Shown: one piece after another, positions 37,492-46,283 of the stretch
How positions within the stretch are numbered: position 1 is the first letter of the stretch
Layout of the letters: each line of letters starts with the position of its first letter
NCBI GenBank assembly: GCA_944371905.1
Contig: CALVYA010000007.1
Location: 452-64,451 of the forward strand
Direction: 5' to 3'
DNA length: 64,000 nucleotides
DNA from: an uncultured Bacilli bacterium
GTDB lineage: Bacteria > Bacillota_I > Bacilli_A > RF39 > UBA660
Notes under the pieces: generated by a model
Databases searched by the model: none
Seen by the model: only the letters and a program-made list of their open reading frames with translations
Told to the model about the DNA's origin: nothing
Program-made: the position numbers and the translations under genes

Positions 37492-38238
37492 ATGGAAAAA
37501 CAAACAGCAGGAAGAGATTCATTAGGAGAATTTGCTCCTAAGTTTGCCTCTTTAAATGATGATGTATTATTTGGTGAAATATGGTCAAGAGTAGATAAGT
37601 TATCTTTAAGGGATAGATCGTTAATTACCATATGTATTTTTATGGGAAAGGGCTTAATAGATAATTCTTTAAAATATCATTTAATTAATGCTAAAAAAAA
37701 TGGAATTACGAAAGAAGAAATGGCTGAAATTATTACTCATGCGGCTTTTTATGCTGGTTGGCCTAATGCATGGGCTGTATTTAATTTAGCAAAAGAGGTG
37801 TATAGTATGGATAATGAGATACAAGAACACGGGGGTATGTTTGGTCTTGGAGAGCCTAATGTAGCATTCGCTAAATATTTTACAGGCAAATCTTACTTAA
37901 AGCCATTGACTAATTCTAAAGATACTAAAGTATCTTTAGCTAATGTGACTTTTGAACCAGCTTGTAGGAATAACTGGCATATTCATCGTGCAAAAGAAGG
38001 TGGGGGACAAATTTTGTTATGTATTGATGGAGAGGGTTGGTATCAAGAAGAAGGAAAAAGTGCACAAAGTTTAAAGCCTGGAGATGTTGTTTTTATCTCA
38101 GCTAACGTAAAGCATTGGCATGGTGCTAAAAAAGATTCTTGGTTTAGCCATATTGCTATAGAAGTTCCTGGAGTTGATACAGAGAATGTTTGGTGTGAAA
38201 AAGTAAGCGAGGAAGAATATAATAATTTATCAAGATAA
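37492..38238 (+). CDS. Carboxymuconolactone decarboxylase-family domain fused to a cupin domain
   Basis: The N-terminus FGEIWSR..LSLRDRSLITI..ITHAAFYAGWPNA is CMD-like. The C-terminus NWHIH..GGQILL..G..PGDVVFI..VKHWHGA is cupin. Confidence 0.75.
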   Translation: MEKQTAGRDSLGEFAPKFASLNDDVLFGEIWSRVDKLSLRDRSLITICIFMGKGLIDNSLKYHLINAKKNGITKEEMAEIITHAAFYAGWPNAWAVFNLAKEVYSMDNEIQEHGGMFGLGEPNVAFAKYFTGKSYLKPLTNSKDTKVSLANVTFEPACRNNWHIHRAKEGGGQILLCIDGEGWYQEEGKSAQSLKPGDVVFISANVKHWHGAKKDSWFSHIAIEVPGVDTENVWCEKVSEEEYNNLSR

Positions 38239-38328
38239 AATGGGTATTACTTTATATAAAGGAATTTACCAGATATTACCATAGCAAACAAACGTTTGAT
38301 ATATTATAATGTTATTGAGGTGATATTT

Positions 38329-39291
38329 GTGAAGAAAAAAGAAAATGAAATTGTTATATTTGAAGGACAAAATGTAAAATTAGAAGTCAATATCAATGAT
38401 GATACTGTATGGTTATCTCTAGATCAAATGAGTGATTTATTTGATAGAGATAAGTCAGTTATATCAAGACATATAAAAAATGCTATTGCTGAAGAATTGA
38501 AAGATCAAGAGGTTATTGCAAAATTTGCAACTACCACTAAACATGGAGCAATAGCAGGAAAAACACAAACTCATATGGTAGATTATTATAATCTAGACAT
38601 GATTATTAGTGTTGGGTATCGTGTCAAATCTAAAAATGGTATTATTTTTAGAAAATGGGCAAATCAAATCTTAAAAGATTATATGTTAAAAGGTTATGCA
38701 GTAAATCAAAAAAGGTTAGAATATTTAGAAAAAACAGTTAAATTAATTGATATAGCTAATCGCATGGATGATAGATTAGAGAGTGATGATGCCAAAGAAA
38801 TTTTGCGAGTAATTGGAAATTATTCTAAAGCCCTAGATTTACTTGATGATTATGATCATAGAACCTTAAAAAAGATAAGTGGTAATCAAGATGATAGAAA
38901 AATAAAATACGAAGAATGTATCAAAATTATTAATCAATTGCGATTTAATGAAGAAAGTGATATTTTTGCTCTGGAAAGAGATAAGGGATTAGCATCTATT
39001 ATTAATAATATTTATCAAAGTTTTGATAATAAAGACGTTTATAAGAGTATTGAAGAAAAAGCTTCTAATTTTCTATATTTAATTGTTAAAAATCATATTT
39101 TTATTGATGGAAATAAAAGAATAGCAGCTACTTTATTTATATATTTTTTGAATTTCTATGATATTTTATATAAAGATGGTGCTTTGATGATTGATAATAA
39201 TACCTTAACAGCGTTAACGCTATTAATAGCAGAGTCTAATCCAAAAGAAAAAGATGTTATTATTGATTTAGTGATGAATTTTTTAACTTAA
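38329..39291 (+). CDS. RhuM-family N-terminal domain fused to a Fic/Doc domain
   Basis: RhuM-like VWLSLDQMSDLFDRDKSVISRHIKN..YYNLDMIISVGYRVKSKNGIIFRKWANQILKDY. C-terminal Doc-type motif HIFIDGNKRIAAT. GTG 38329 lies behind gaggtga. Confidence 0.75.
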   Translation: MKKKENEIVIFEGQNVKLEVNINDDTVWLSLDQMSDLFDRDKSVISRHIKNAIAEELKDQEVIAKFATTTKHGAIAGKTQTHMVDYYNLDMIISVGYRVKSKNGIIFRKWANQILKDYMLKGYAVNQKRLEYLEKTVKLIDIANRMDDRLESDDAKEILRVIGNYSKALDLLDDYDHRTLKKISGNQDDRKIKYEECIKIINQLRFNEESDIFALERDKGLASIINNIYQSFDNKDVYKSIEEKASNFLYLIVKNHIFIDGNKRIAATLFIYFLNFYDILYKDGALMIDNNTLTALTLLIAESNPKEKDVIIDLVMNFLT

Positions 39292-39327
39292 AAGAGTAAA
39301 TAATATAGTAAGAAAAAGGAGAAATTT

Positions 39328-39804
39328 ATGAACAAAATATTAATTTGTTATTTTTCAGCTAGTGGAATAACAAAAAAGGTAGCAGAACATATTGCTACTA
39401 TAACTAGGGGGGACTTATTTGAAATTGAACCAATGGAATTATATACTACAGAAGATTTAAATTGGAATAACAACCATAGTCGATCTTCCATAGAAATGAT
39501 GAGCGATACTATAAGACCAAAGATAAAAAATAAAGTAAATAAGGTAGAAGATTATCCAGTTATTTTATTAGGTTATCCTATCTGGTGGGATTTAGCTCCT
39601 AGAATTGTTAACTCTTTTATAGAAGAACATAATTTAGAAGGAAAAAAAGTATATATTTTTGCTACTTCTGGCGGGAGTGGAGTAGAAAATAGTTTTAGTG
39701 ATTTAAAAAGGCGTTATCCTAATATTAACTTTATTAGTGCTAAAAGATTGTCACCAAGTATTTCTAATGATGAAATTTTGACATGGATCAATAGCACAAT
39801 ATAA
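39328..39804 (+). CDS. Flavodoxin
   Basis: ILICYFSASGITKKVAEHI..GYPIWWDLAPRIV..FATSGGSG. Cytoplasmic paralog of 29643..30308. Confidence 0.85.
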   Translation: MNKILICYFSASGITKKVAEHIATITRGDLFEIEPMELYTTEDLNWNNNHSRSSIEMMSDTIRPKIKNKVNKVEDYPVILLGYPIWWDLAPRIVNSFIEEHNLEGKKVYIFATSGGSGVENSFSDLKRRYPNINFISAKRLSPSISNDEILTWINSTI

Positions 39805-39872
39805 TAAATTTGAAAGAAATAAGCAATATATAGTTTCATCCGTGGTATAATAAAATTTATAGGAGGGATAGA

Positions 39873-40757
39873 ATGGAAAAGTCAAAAGTATATTTTATTA
39901 AGGAGATTACTCCTGAAAACATGATTAAAGCATATAATGCAGTAGGACATAAATTAACTGGTAAGGTAGCTGTAAAACTACATTCTGGTGAAAGAGGAAA
40001 TCAAAATTATTTAAAACCTGAATTTGTAAAAGATATGATTAATTATGTTCATGGTACAGTTGTTGAATGTAATACAGCATATGAAGGAGCTAGAAACTCA
40101 ACTGAAAAACATCGTGAATTAATTAAAGAACATGAATGGGATAAATATTTTCCTTTTGATTTATTAGATGCGGAAGGCCCTGATATGGTTTTGGATATTC
40201 CGAATGGTAAAATATTAAAGAAAAATTATGTTGGGAAAAATTTAGCTAACTATGATTCACTTCTTGTATTATCTCATTTTAAAGGACATGCTATGGGTGG
40301 ATACGGAGGAGCTTTGAAACAACTTTCTATTGGTTGCGCATCTTCTAGTGGTAAAACATTAATTCATACAGCTGGGGTTACTGATGATCAAAAGGTATTA
40401 TTTAATAATTTACCAGAACAAGATAGATTTTTAGAAGCGATGGCAGATGCTGCTTCTAGTGTGGTAGATTATTTTAAAGGAAATGTTGTTTATCTTAATA
40501 TTATGAAAAATATTTCTGTTGATTGCGATTGTGATGGACATGCTGCTAGTCCTTGTATGCAAGATATTGGTATTTTAGCTAGTCTAGATCCTGTAGCAAT
40601 CGATCAAGCTTGTTTGGATTTAGTATATAACTCTAATGATCCTGGAAAAGATGAGTTAATAGAAAGAATTGAATCTCGTCATGGAGTTCATACGATTGAA
40701 TCAGCAAGCGAATTAAAGGTAGGATCACGTGAATACGAATTAATTTCAATTGATTAA
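39873..40757 (+). CDS. DUF362 domain protein
   Basis: KVYFIKE..GKVAVKLHSGERGNQNYLKPEFV..GTVVECNTAY and a C-terminal Cys cluster (DCDCDGH) fit the DUF362 pattern. Confidence 0.65.
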   Translation: MEKSKVYFIKEITPENMIKAYNAVGHKLTGKVAVKLHSGERGNQNYLKPEFVKDMINYVHGTVVECNTAYEGARNSTEKHRELIKEHEWDKYFPFDLLDAEGPDMVLDIPNGKILKKNYVGKNLANYDSLLVLSHFKGHAMGGYGGALKQLSIGCASSSGKTLIHTAGVTDDQKVLFNNLPEQDRFLEAMADAASSVVDYFKGNVVYLNIMKNISVDCDCDGHAASPCMQDIGILASLDPVAIDQACLDLVYNSNDPGKDELIERIESRHGVHTIESASELKVGSREYELISID

Positions 40758-40849
40758 TTGAAAAGTACATATTTATTTATGTGCTTTTTTTATATTGACA
40801 TTTTGTTATAACTGTTATATAGTGAATATAACAAAAAGAGGTGATGGGA

Positions 40850-41227
40850 TTGAATATTATTATCAGTAATAATAGCGATATTCCTATTTTTATACAAATA
40901 AAAAATGCTATTAAAGAAGAAATATATAATGGAAATTTAAAAGAAAACACTTCATTACCTTCTGTGAGAGCTTTGGCAAATGATTTGAAGATTAGTTTTT
41001 TAACAGTGAAAAGAGCTTATGATGAGTTAGAAAGTGAAGGCTATATTAAAACTATCTCTAAAAAAGGAAGTTTTGTAGCACCTCGTAATTTAGAATTGAT
41101 GAGAGAAGAAAAATTAAAAGAAATACAAACGTTAATCGAAAAAATATATCATATTTCTAAAATTTCTAATATTACAGAAGAAGAAATAAAAGAGATGTTT
41201 CGATTTATTTTTGAGGAGGAAAGATAA
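40850..41227 (+). CDS. GntR family (YtrA-like) transcriptional regulator
   Basis: IFIQIKNAIKEEIYNGNLKENTSLPSVRALANDLKISFLTVKRAYDELESEGYI. A short C-terminus is typical of the YtrA subfamily. TTG 40850 lies behind gaggtga. Confidence 0.85.
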   Translation: MNIIISNNSDIPIFIQIKNAIKEEIYNGNLKENTSLPSVRALANDLKISFLTVKRAYDELESEGYIKTISKKGSFVAPRNLELMREEKLKEIQTLIEKIYHISKISNITEEEIKEMFRFIFEEER

Positions 41228-42085
41228 ATGGAAAATGCAATAGAGTTAAAAAATATTTGTAAGAGTTATCTTGATTTTCATTTGGATAATATCAGTTTTA
41301 ATGTTCCTAAAGGCACTATTGTAGGACTGATAGGAGAAAATGGAGCTGGAAAGACTACTACGATAAAGTCAATTTTAAATATTATTGATACAAAAGGAAC
41401 TATTCAAGTATGGAATCAAGATCATAAAAAAAGAGAAAAAGAAATAAAGCAAGATCTTGGAGTAGTGTTAGATGATAGTTTTTTATCTATGTATTTAACT
41501 GCTAAAGGACTTAATTCGATTATGAAAGAATTTTATACTAATTGGGATGATAAATTATATTTTAAGTATTTACAAGAGTTTAAATTACCTAGTAATAAAT
41601 TAATTAAAGATTTCTCTAGTGGTATGAAAATGAAACTAAAAATTATTATTGCTATTTCTCATGCTCCTAAAGTTTTATTATTAGATGAACCAACTAGTGG
41701 ACTAGATCCTATTGTAAGAAATGAGCTATTAGATGTTTTTAGAAAATATATTCTAGATGATGAAGAACGTTCTATTTTAATATCTTCTCACATTACTAGT
41801 GATTTAGAGCATATTGCTGATTATATTGTATTTATTCATGAAGGTAAAATTATTTTTAATCTTGCTACTTCGGATTTGCTTGAAAATTATGGAATTGTTA
41901 AGTGTAATGAAAAAGATTTCAAAAGTTTAAATAGTAATGATTACATTAGTTATAAAAAAGGAAAATATCAATATGAAGTACTTGTAGACAATAAAAAAGA
42001 GATTATGAAAAAGTATAAATTTGAAGTCATTGATAAACCAAGTATTGATGAAATTATGTTATTTTATGTGAAAGGAGAAAAATAA
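41228..42085 (+). CDS. ABC transporter ATP-binding protein
   Basis: GENGAGKTT, FSSGMKMKL, LLLDEPTSGLD. Confidence 0.9.
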   Translation: MENAIELKNICKSYLDFHLDNISFNVPKGTIVGLIGENGAGKTTTIKSILNIIDTKGTIQVWNQDHKKREKEIKQDLGVVLDDSFLSMYLTAKGLNSIMKEFYTNWDDKLYFKYLQEFKLPSNKLIKDFSSGMKMKLKIIIAISHAPKVLLLDEPTSGLDPIVRNELLDVFRKYILDDEERSILISSHITSDLEHIADYIVFIHEGKIIFNLATSDLLENYGIVKCNEKDFKSLNSNDYISYKKGKYQYEVLVDNKKEIMKKYKFEVIDKPSIDEIMLFYVKGEK

Positions 42086-42756
42086 TGAAAGGATTAATTA
42101 AAAAGGATTTACTTAATTTAGCTAGTTATAAAACTTCACTTTTTATATTAATTATTTTTTGTAGTATAGCAATTATTAGTACTAATTCTGTTACTTTTGC
42201 TCCAATTATAATTTCCACTATTATTGGAATGATCGTATTATCTACTTTTAATTATGATGAAATATCAAAATCTGATAAATATATTTTATCTCTTCCTGTA
42301 ACTAGAAAAGATATTGTTTTATCTAAATATATTTTGGCTATTGCATCTACTATAATTAGTGCTGTTTTAGGAGTTGTACTTACTGTTATCATTGTAGAAT
42401 TGATGAATATGATTAGATCCAATGAATTCATTAATCTTAATTATGATAGTTTATTTAGTACAGCATTGGGAGGAATGTTTGGAATAGCTTTGATTCAATC
42501 CATTCAAATACCAAGCATTTATAAATGGGGTGCAGAAAAAGGACGTATTCAAATGTTTGTGTTAATATTCTTAGTTATATTATTAGTGTTAGGCTCTTCT
42601 TCCTTGTTTGCTAAAATAGTCTTCCGTATGGATATAAGTAGTATGTTATCTTTCTTAAATAAATTTGGTATTTTTCTTCTTGTAGGGTTGATCATGTTAA
42701 TGTACTATATATCTTATAAGATATCATATAAAATATTTTCTAAAAAAGACTTTTAA
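42085..42756 (+). CDS. ABC-2 type permease
   Basis: The ATGA overlaps the ATPase stop. Multi-TM profile. Confidence 0.7.
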   Translation: MKGLIKKDLLNLASYKTSLFILIIFCSIAIISTNSVTFAPIIISTIIGMIVLSTFNYDEISKSDKYILSLPVTRKDIVLSKYILAIASTIISAVLGVVLTVIIVELMNMIRSNEFINLNYDSLFSTALGGMFGIALIQSIQIPSIYKWGAEKGRIQMFVLIFLVILLVLGSSSLFAKIVFRMDISSMLSFLNKFGIFLLVGLIMLMYYISYKISYKIFSKKDF

Positions 42757-42769
42757 AAGTCTTTTTTAC

Positions 42770-42798
42770 TTGTGAGATAGCATCTTTTATGATAATAT
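42770..42798 (+). promoter_or_regulatory. Promoter for tRNA-Gln (and probably the GluRS-like gene)
   Basis: TTGTGA (42770-42775), a 17-nt spacer, then an extended -10 TGaTAATAT (42790-42798). It sits just after the permease terminator hairpin (42742-42767). Confidence 0.5.
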
Positions 42799-42811
42799 AT
42801 GATATGTAAAT

Positions 42812-42885
42812 TGCTCCATAGCCAAGCGGTAAGGCATCGGACTCTGACTCCGACATCGTTAGTTCGAATCTAACTGGAGCAGCCA
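42812..42885 (+). tRNA. tRNA-Gln (anticodon CUG)
   Basis: TGCTCCATAGCCAAGCGGTAAGGCATCGGACTCTGACTCCGACATCGTTAGTTCGAATCTAACTGGAGCAGCCA. The U1-A72 pair is typical of bacterial tRNA-Gln. Anticodon loop is CTCTGAC. Confidence 0.85.
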
Positions 42886-42924
42886 AATAAAAATAACTAT
42901 GTTGATATAGAAAGAAGGATCCGT

Positions 42925-44568
42925 ATGAATTATGATGAGTTAGCAAATTTAATATTTCCTGACGTATTAGATTCTAGTGTGTATGAGGCAAAATATCCTA
43001 AACGCAAGTTGAAAGAAGGAGCTATGGTTACTAGATTTGCACCTAGTCCTACTGGTTTTGTTCATATGGGTAGCCTTTATACTTCTTTTGCTGATATTAG
43101 ATTAGCAAGACAAACAGGAGGGGTTGTCTATCTTAGAATTGAAGATACTGACCAAAAAAGAGAAATAGAAGATGGAATCACGGGAATTATTCATGATTTT
43201 GATAATTTAAAAATTTATTTTGATGAAGGACCAACACAAGGAGGAGATTATGGTCCTTATATTCAAAGTAAAAGAAAAGAAATTTATCAGAGTTTTGCTA
43301 AAAAATTGTTAAAAGAAGGAAAAGCTTATCCATGTTTTATCACAGAAGAAGAATTAAAAGAGATCAAAGAGGTTCAAGAGAAAAAGAAAGTTCGTATTGG
43401 TTTTTATGGCAGATGGGCTAAATATCGTGATTTGAAAGTAGAAGAAGCAATTGCTAAAATTAAAGCAGGAGTTCCTTATATCATTCGTTTAAAATCTCCT
43501 GGTAATTTTGAAAATAAAGTGGTTTTAGATGATTGTATTAAAGGAAAAATTGAAATGCCTGAAAATGATATGGATGTTGTTATTATTAAATCTGATGGGC
43601 TTCCTACTTATCACTTTGCCCATGCTATTGATGATCATTTAATGCGAACTACTCACGTGGTAAGAGGGGATGAATGGGTATCTTCTTATCCTATTCATAA
43701 GCAATTATTTGAAGTATTAGGATTTGAAGTACCAAAGTATGCTCACATAGCACCGCTGACCATTAGAGAAGGAAATACTGTTCGTAAATTAAGTAAGAGA
43801 AAGGACAAGGAAAGTGCTATTAGTTTCTATCATAAATTAGGAGTGCCTAATGAAGTGATCAATTTATATATTGCTACTGTTAATAATTCTAATTTTGAAG
43901 AATGGTATGTGGCTAATCCTGATAAAACAATAGACGATTATGAGTTTACTTTTGATAAAATGCCAGTCGGTGGAAGTTTATTTGATTTAGAAAAATTACA
44001 AAGTATTTCTAAAATATATTTTAGTAAATTAACTGCTGTTGATATATATAATAGAACATTAGAATATGCTAAACAATATGATATGGAGTTTTATAACTTG
44101 ATGAATCAAGATAAAGATTATTTAGTAGCGCTTTTAAACATCGAAAGAAATGTAGAACGTCCTAGAATGGATATAGGAAGTTATAGTGATGTAAAAAAAC
44201 AATTCTGGTATATGTATGATGAATTATTTAATAAAATAGAGGCTCCTTATAAAGAGGTATCTTATTCTTATGATGTATCATTTATTAAAGATTATTTTGT
44301 CAATGTATATAATGAAGAAGATACGGAAGAAGATTGGTTTCATAAAGTAAAAGAATATGCTAAGGATAAAGGATTTGCAATTAATCGTAAAGAATATAAG
44401 GAAAATCCTAGTAGTTTCTTAGGAAATATTGCTGACTTTTGTAGTATTATAAGAGTAATGTTAACTACTTCGAATACATCACCTAATATGTATGATTTAT
44501 TAAAAATTTATGGAAAAGATAAATTATTAAAAAGAGTAGATTTGTTTTTGGATAGTATTAATCAGTAA
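42925..44568 (+). CDS. gltX: Glutamyl-tRNA synthetase family enzyme, atypical long form (547 aa)
   Basis: RFAPSPTGFVHMGS (HMGS in place of HIGH), YLRIEDTD, SDGLPTYHFAHAIDDHLMRTTHVVRGDEW, and KLSKRK (KMSKS). There is a ~34-aa N-terminal extension before the Rossmann start. Confidence 0.75.
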   Translation: MNYDELANLIFPDVLDSSVYEAKYPKRKLKEGAMVTRFAPSPTGFVHMGSLYTSFADIRLARQTGGVVYLRIEDTDQKREIEDGITGIIHDFDNLKIYFDEGPTQGGDYGPYIQSKRKEIYQSFAKKLLKEGKAYPCFITEEELKEIKEVQEKKKVRIGFYGRWAKYRDLKVEEAIAKIKAGVPYIIRLKSPGNFENKVVLDDCIKGKIEMPENDMDVVIIKSDGLPTYHFAHAIDDHLMRTTHVVRGDEWVSSYPIHKQLFEVLGFEVPKYAHIAPLTIREGNTVRKLSKRKDKESAISFYHKLGVPNEVINLYIATVNNSNFEEWYVANPDKTIDDYEFTFDKMPVGGSLFDLEKLQSISKIYFSKLTAVDIYNRTLEYAKQYDMEFYNLMNQDKDYLVALLNIERNVERPRMDIGSYSDVKKQFWYMYDELFNKIEAPYKEVSYSYDVSFIKDYFVNVYNEEDTEEDWFHKVKEYAKDKGFAINRKEYKENPSSFLGNIADFCSIIRVMLTTSNTSPNMYDLLKIYGKDKLLKRVDLFLDSINQ

Positions 44569-44572
44569 TAGG

Positions 44573-44594
44573 CGGAGTAAAAACTCCGTTTTTT
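44573..44594 (+). terminator. Intrinsic terminator
   Basis: cggagt / actccg stem, aaaa loop, then TTTTTT. Confidence 0.75.
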
Positions 44595-44651
44595 AAATAG
44601 TTCTTTCTGTTTTGTTAATTATATGTTACTATTATGAATAGGAGATGCTAT

Positions 44652-45386
44652 ATGAAAAAGTATATTTATTTTTTGATCGTAGGAATTTTTTTAGTTTTAC
44701 CAAAGAATGTTTTAGCAATAGTAAAACCAACAGATAGGTTTTATATTAATGACTATGCCAATATTTTGAATAGTGAAACAGAAGATTATATTTTTGAACA
44801 TAGTAGAAATTTAGATACTAAAACAAAGGCTCAAATAGTAATCGTTACGATTAAGAGTCTAGAAGGAGATAGTTTAGAAGAATATGCTACTACTTTATTT
44901 CGAGAGTTTGGGATCGGTGACAAAGACGAGAATAACGGACTGTTGATATTACTTGCTTTAGAAGAAAGACAAGTAAGAGTAGAAGTGGGATATGGACTAG
45001 AGGGAATATTACCTGATGGTAAAACAGGAAGATTCCAAGATAAATATATGATTCCTTTCTTTAGTGAAGATAATTTTGATGAAGGAATGCTTAATGGATA
45101 TAAAGCTTTTTATAAAGAATTAGTTAATTATTATGGGATTGATGAATCTATCGATGAACCTATCGAAGAGGAAGAAAATGAAATATCTCCTTTCGTAGGG
45201 TTAATTATGGTTCTTTTCATCATTGGTTTTCCCACTAGTATCATAATATTATCTATGATGGGACGAGGTAATTTCACTGGAAGAGGTGGCTTTGGTGGAT
45301 CCTTTAGAGGTGGTGGTTTTTCTTCCGGTGGTTTCTCCGGTGGGGGAGGATTTTCTGGTGGAGGCGGAAGTTCTAGAGGTTTTTAA
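44652..45386 (+). CDS. TPM-domain protein (YgcG-like) with TM and Gly-rich tail
   Basis: INDYANILN, AQIVIVTIKSLEG, NNGLLILLALEERQVRVEVGYGLEGILPD, a TM, then a GGFSGGGG tail. Confidence 0.8.
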   Translation: MKKYIYFLIVGIFLVLPKNVLAIVKPTDRFYINDYANILNSETEDYIFEHSRNLDTKTKAQIVIVTIKSLEGDSLEEYATTLFREFGIGDKDENNGLLILLALEERQVRVEVGYGLEGILPDGKTGRFQDKYMIPFFSEDNFDEGMLNGYKAFYKELVNYYGIDESIDEPIEEEENEISPFVGLIMVLFIIGFPTSIIILSMMGRGNFTGRGGFGGSFRGGGFSSGGFSGGGGFSGGGGSSRGF

Positions 45387-45445
45387 AAGAGTTAGTTGCT
45401 ATTATTTAATAATATGATAAAATAGTTTTAGAAAGGTAGATGAAT

Positions 45446-46015
45446 ATGGGGAAAAAAATAGGAATTGTTATTGGAATTATTGTTGTTATTTTGGTGGCTG
45501 TTGGCGCTATGTTAGTAGGAAGTTATAATTCTTTGGTAGATTTGAAAGAAGATGTTGAAAATGAATTTTCTAATGTATCTGTTATGTTAGAGCGAAGAGC
45601 TAATTTAATTCCTAATTTAGTAAATACTGTGAAAGGATATGCAGCTCACGAGCAAGCAGCTATCGATAGTGTAACTACAGCAAGAGAAAATTTATTAAAT
45701 GCTAATACTATTGAAGAAAAAAGTGAAGCTAATAATGAACTTACAACAGCATTGAATGGATTAATGGTTATCGTCGAAAATTATCCTGATTTAAAAGCAA
45801 GTGAAAACTTTATTCAACTAAGTGATGAACTTGCTGGATCAGAAAATAGAATTGCTACAGCAAGACGTGATTATAATGAAGTAGTAAGAGATTATAATTC
45901 AAAAATCAAAAAATTCCCAACTAATATTTTAGCCTCTATGTTTGGTTTCTCTGAAGAAGAGTATTTTGAGACGGAGGAAGCTAACACAGAAGTACCAGAA
46001 GTTAATTTTGAATAA
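45446..46015 (+). CDS. lemA: LemA family protein
   Basis: N-terminal TM, YNSLVDLKEDVENEFSNV, RRANLIPNLV, and YPDLKASENF..L...ENRIA.AR..YN are canonical LemA motifs. Confidence 0.9.
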   Translation: MGKKIGIVIGIIVVILVAVGAMLVGSYNSLVDLKEDVENEFSNVSVMLERRANLIPNLVNTVKGYAAHEQAAIDSVTTARENLLNANTIEEKSEANNELTTALNGLMVIVENYPDLKASENFIQLSDELAGSENRIATARRDYNEVVRDYNSKIKKFPTNILASMFGFSEEEYFETEEANTEVPEVNFE

Positions 46016-46080
46016 AATATATTGTCAAAAAAAGATGATATATGTTAAAATAATAATGTCTTTTTAAGACATTATTTTAT

Positions 46081-46156
46081 GGCCTGTTGGTGAAGTGGTT
46101 AACACGCCGCCCTCTCAAGGCGATATTCATGGGTTCAAGTCCCATACAGGTCACCA
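46081..46156 (+). tRNA. tRNA-Glu (anticodon CUC)
   Basis: GGCCTGTTGGTGAAGTGGTTAACACGCCGCCCTCTCAAGGCGATATTCATGGGTTCAAGTCCCATACAGGTCACCA. It resembles the Firmicute tRNA-Glu backbone. Anticodon loop is CTCTCAA. A hairpin plus T-run follow. Confidence 0.8.
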
Positions 46157-46283
46157 TATAGAAAGCAACCCTTATTTTATGAGGGTTTTATTATGGGCAA
46201 AAGTTACCTTATTTTTATTTCAATAAAATATTGTAAAATATATTTCTTTAGAATATAATAGTGGTATGAAACTGGGGGATATT

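Noticed and set aside
20959-42885. Whether the tRNA-bounded accessory region is a prophage, ICE or defence island.
   Set aside because: I found no integrase, recombinase, relaxase, capsid, terminase, restriction-modification or other recognisable defence genes. Only the tRNA fragment repeat hints at past integration. I therefore report it as an accessory region, not a mobile element.
42740-42946. A 68-aa minus-strand ORF.
   Set aside because: It is the reverse complement of tRNA-Gln and its flanks, so it is not a gene.
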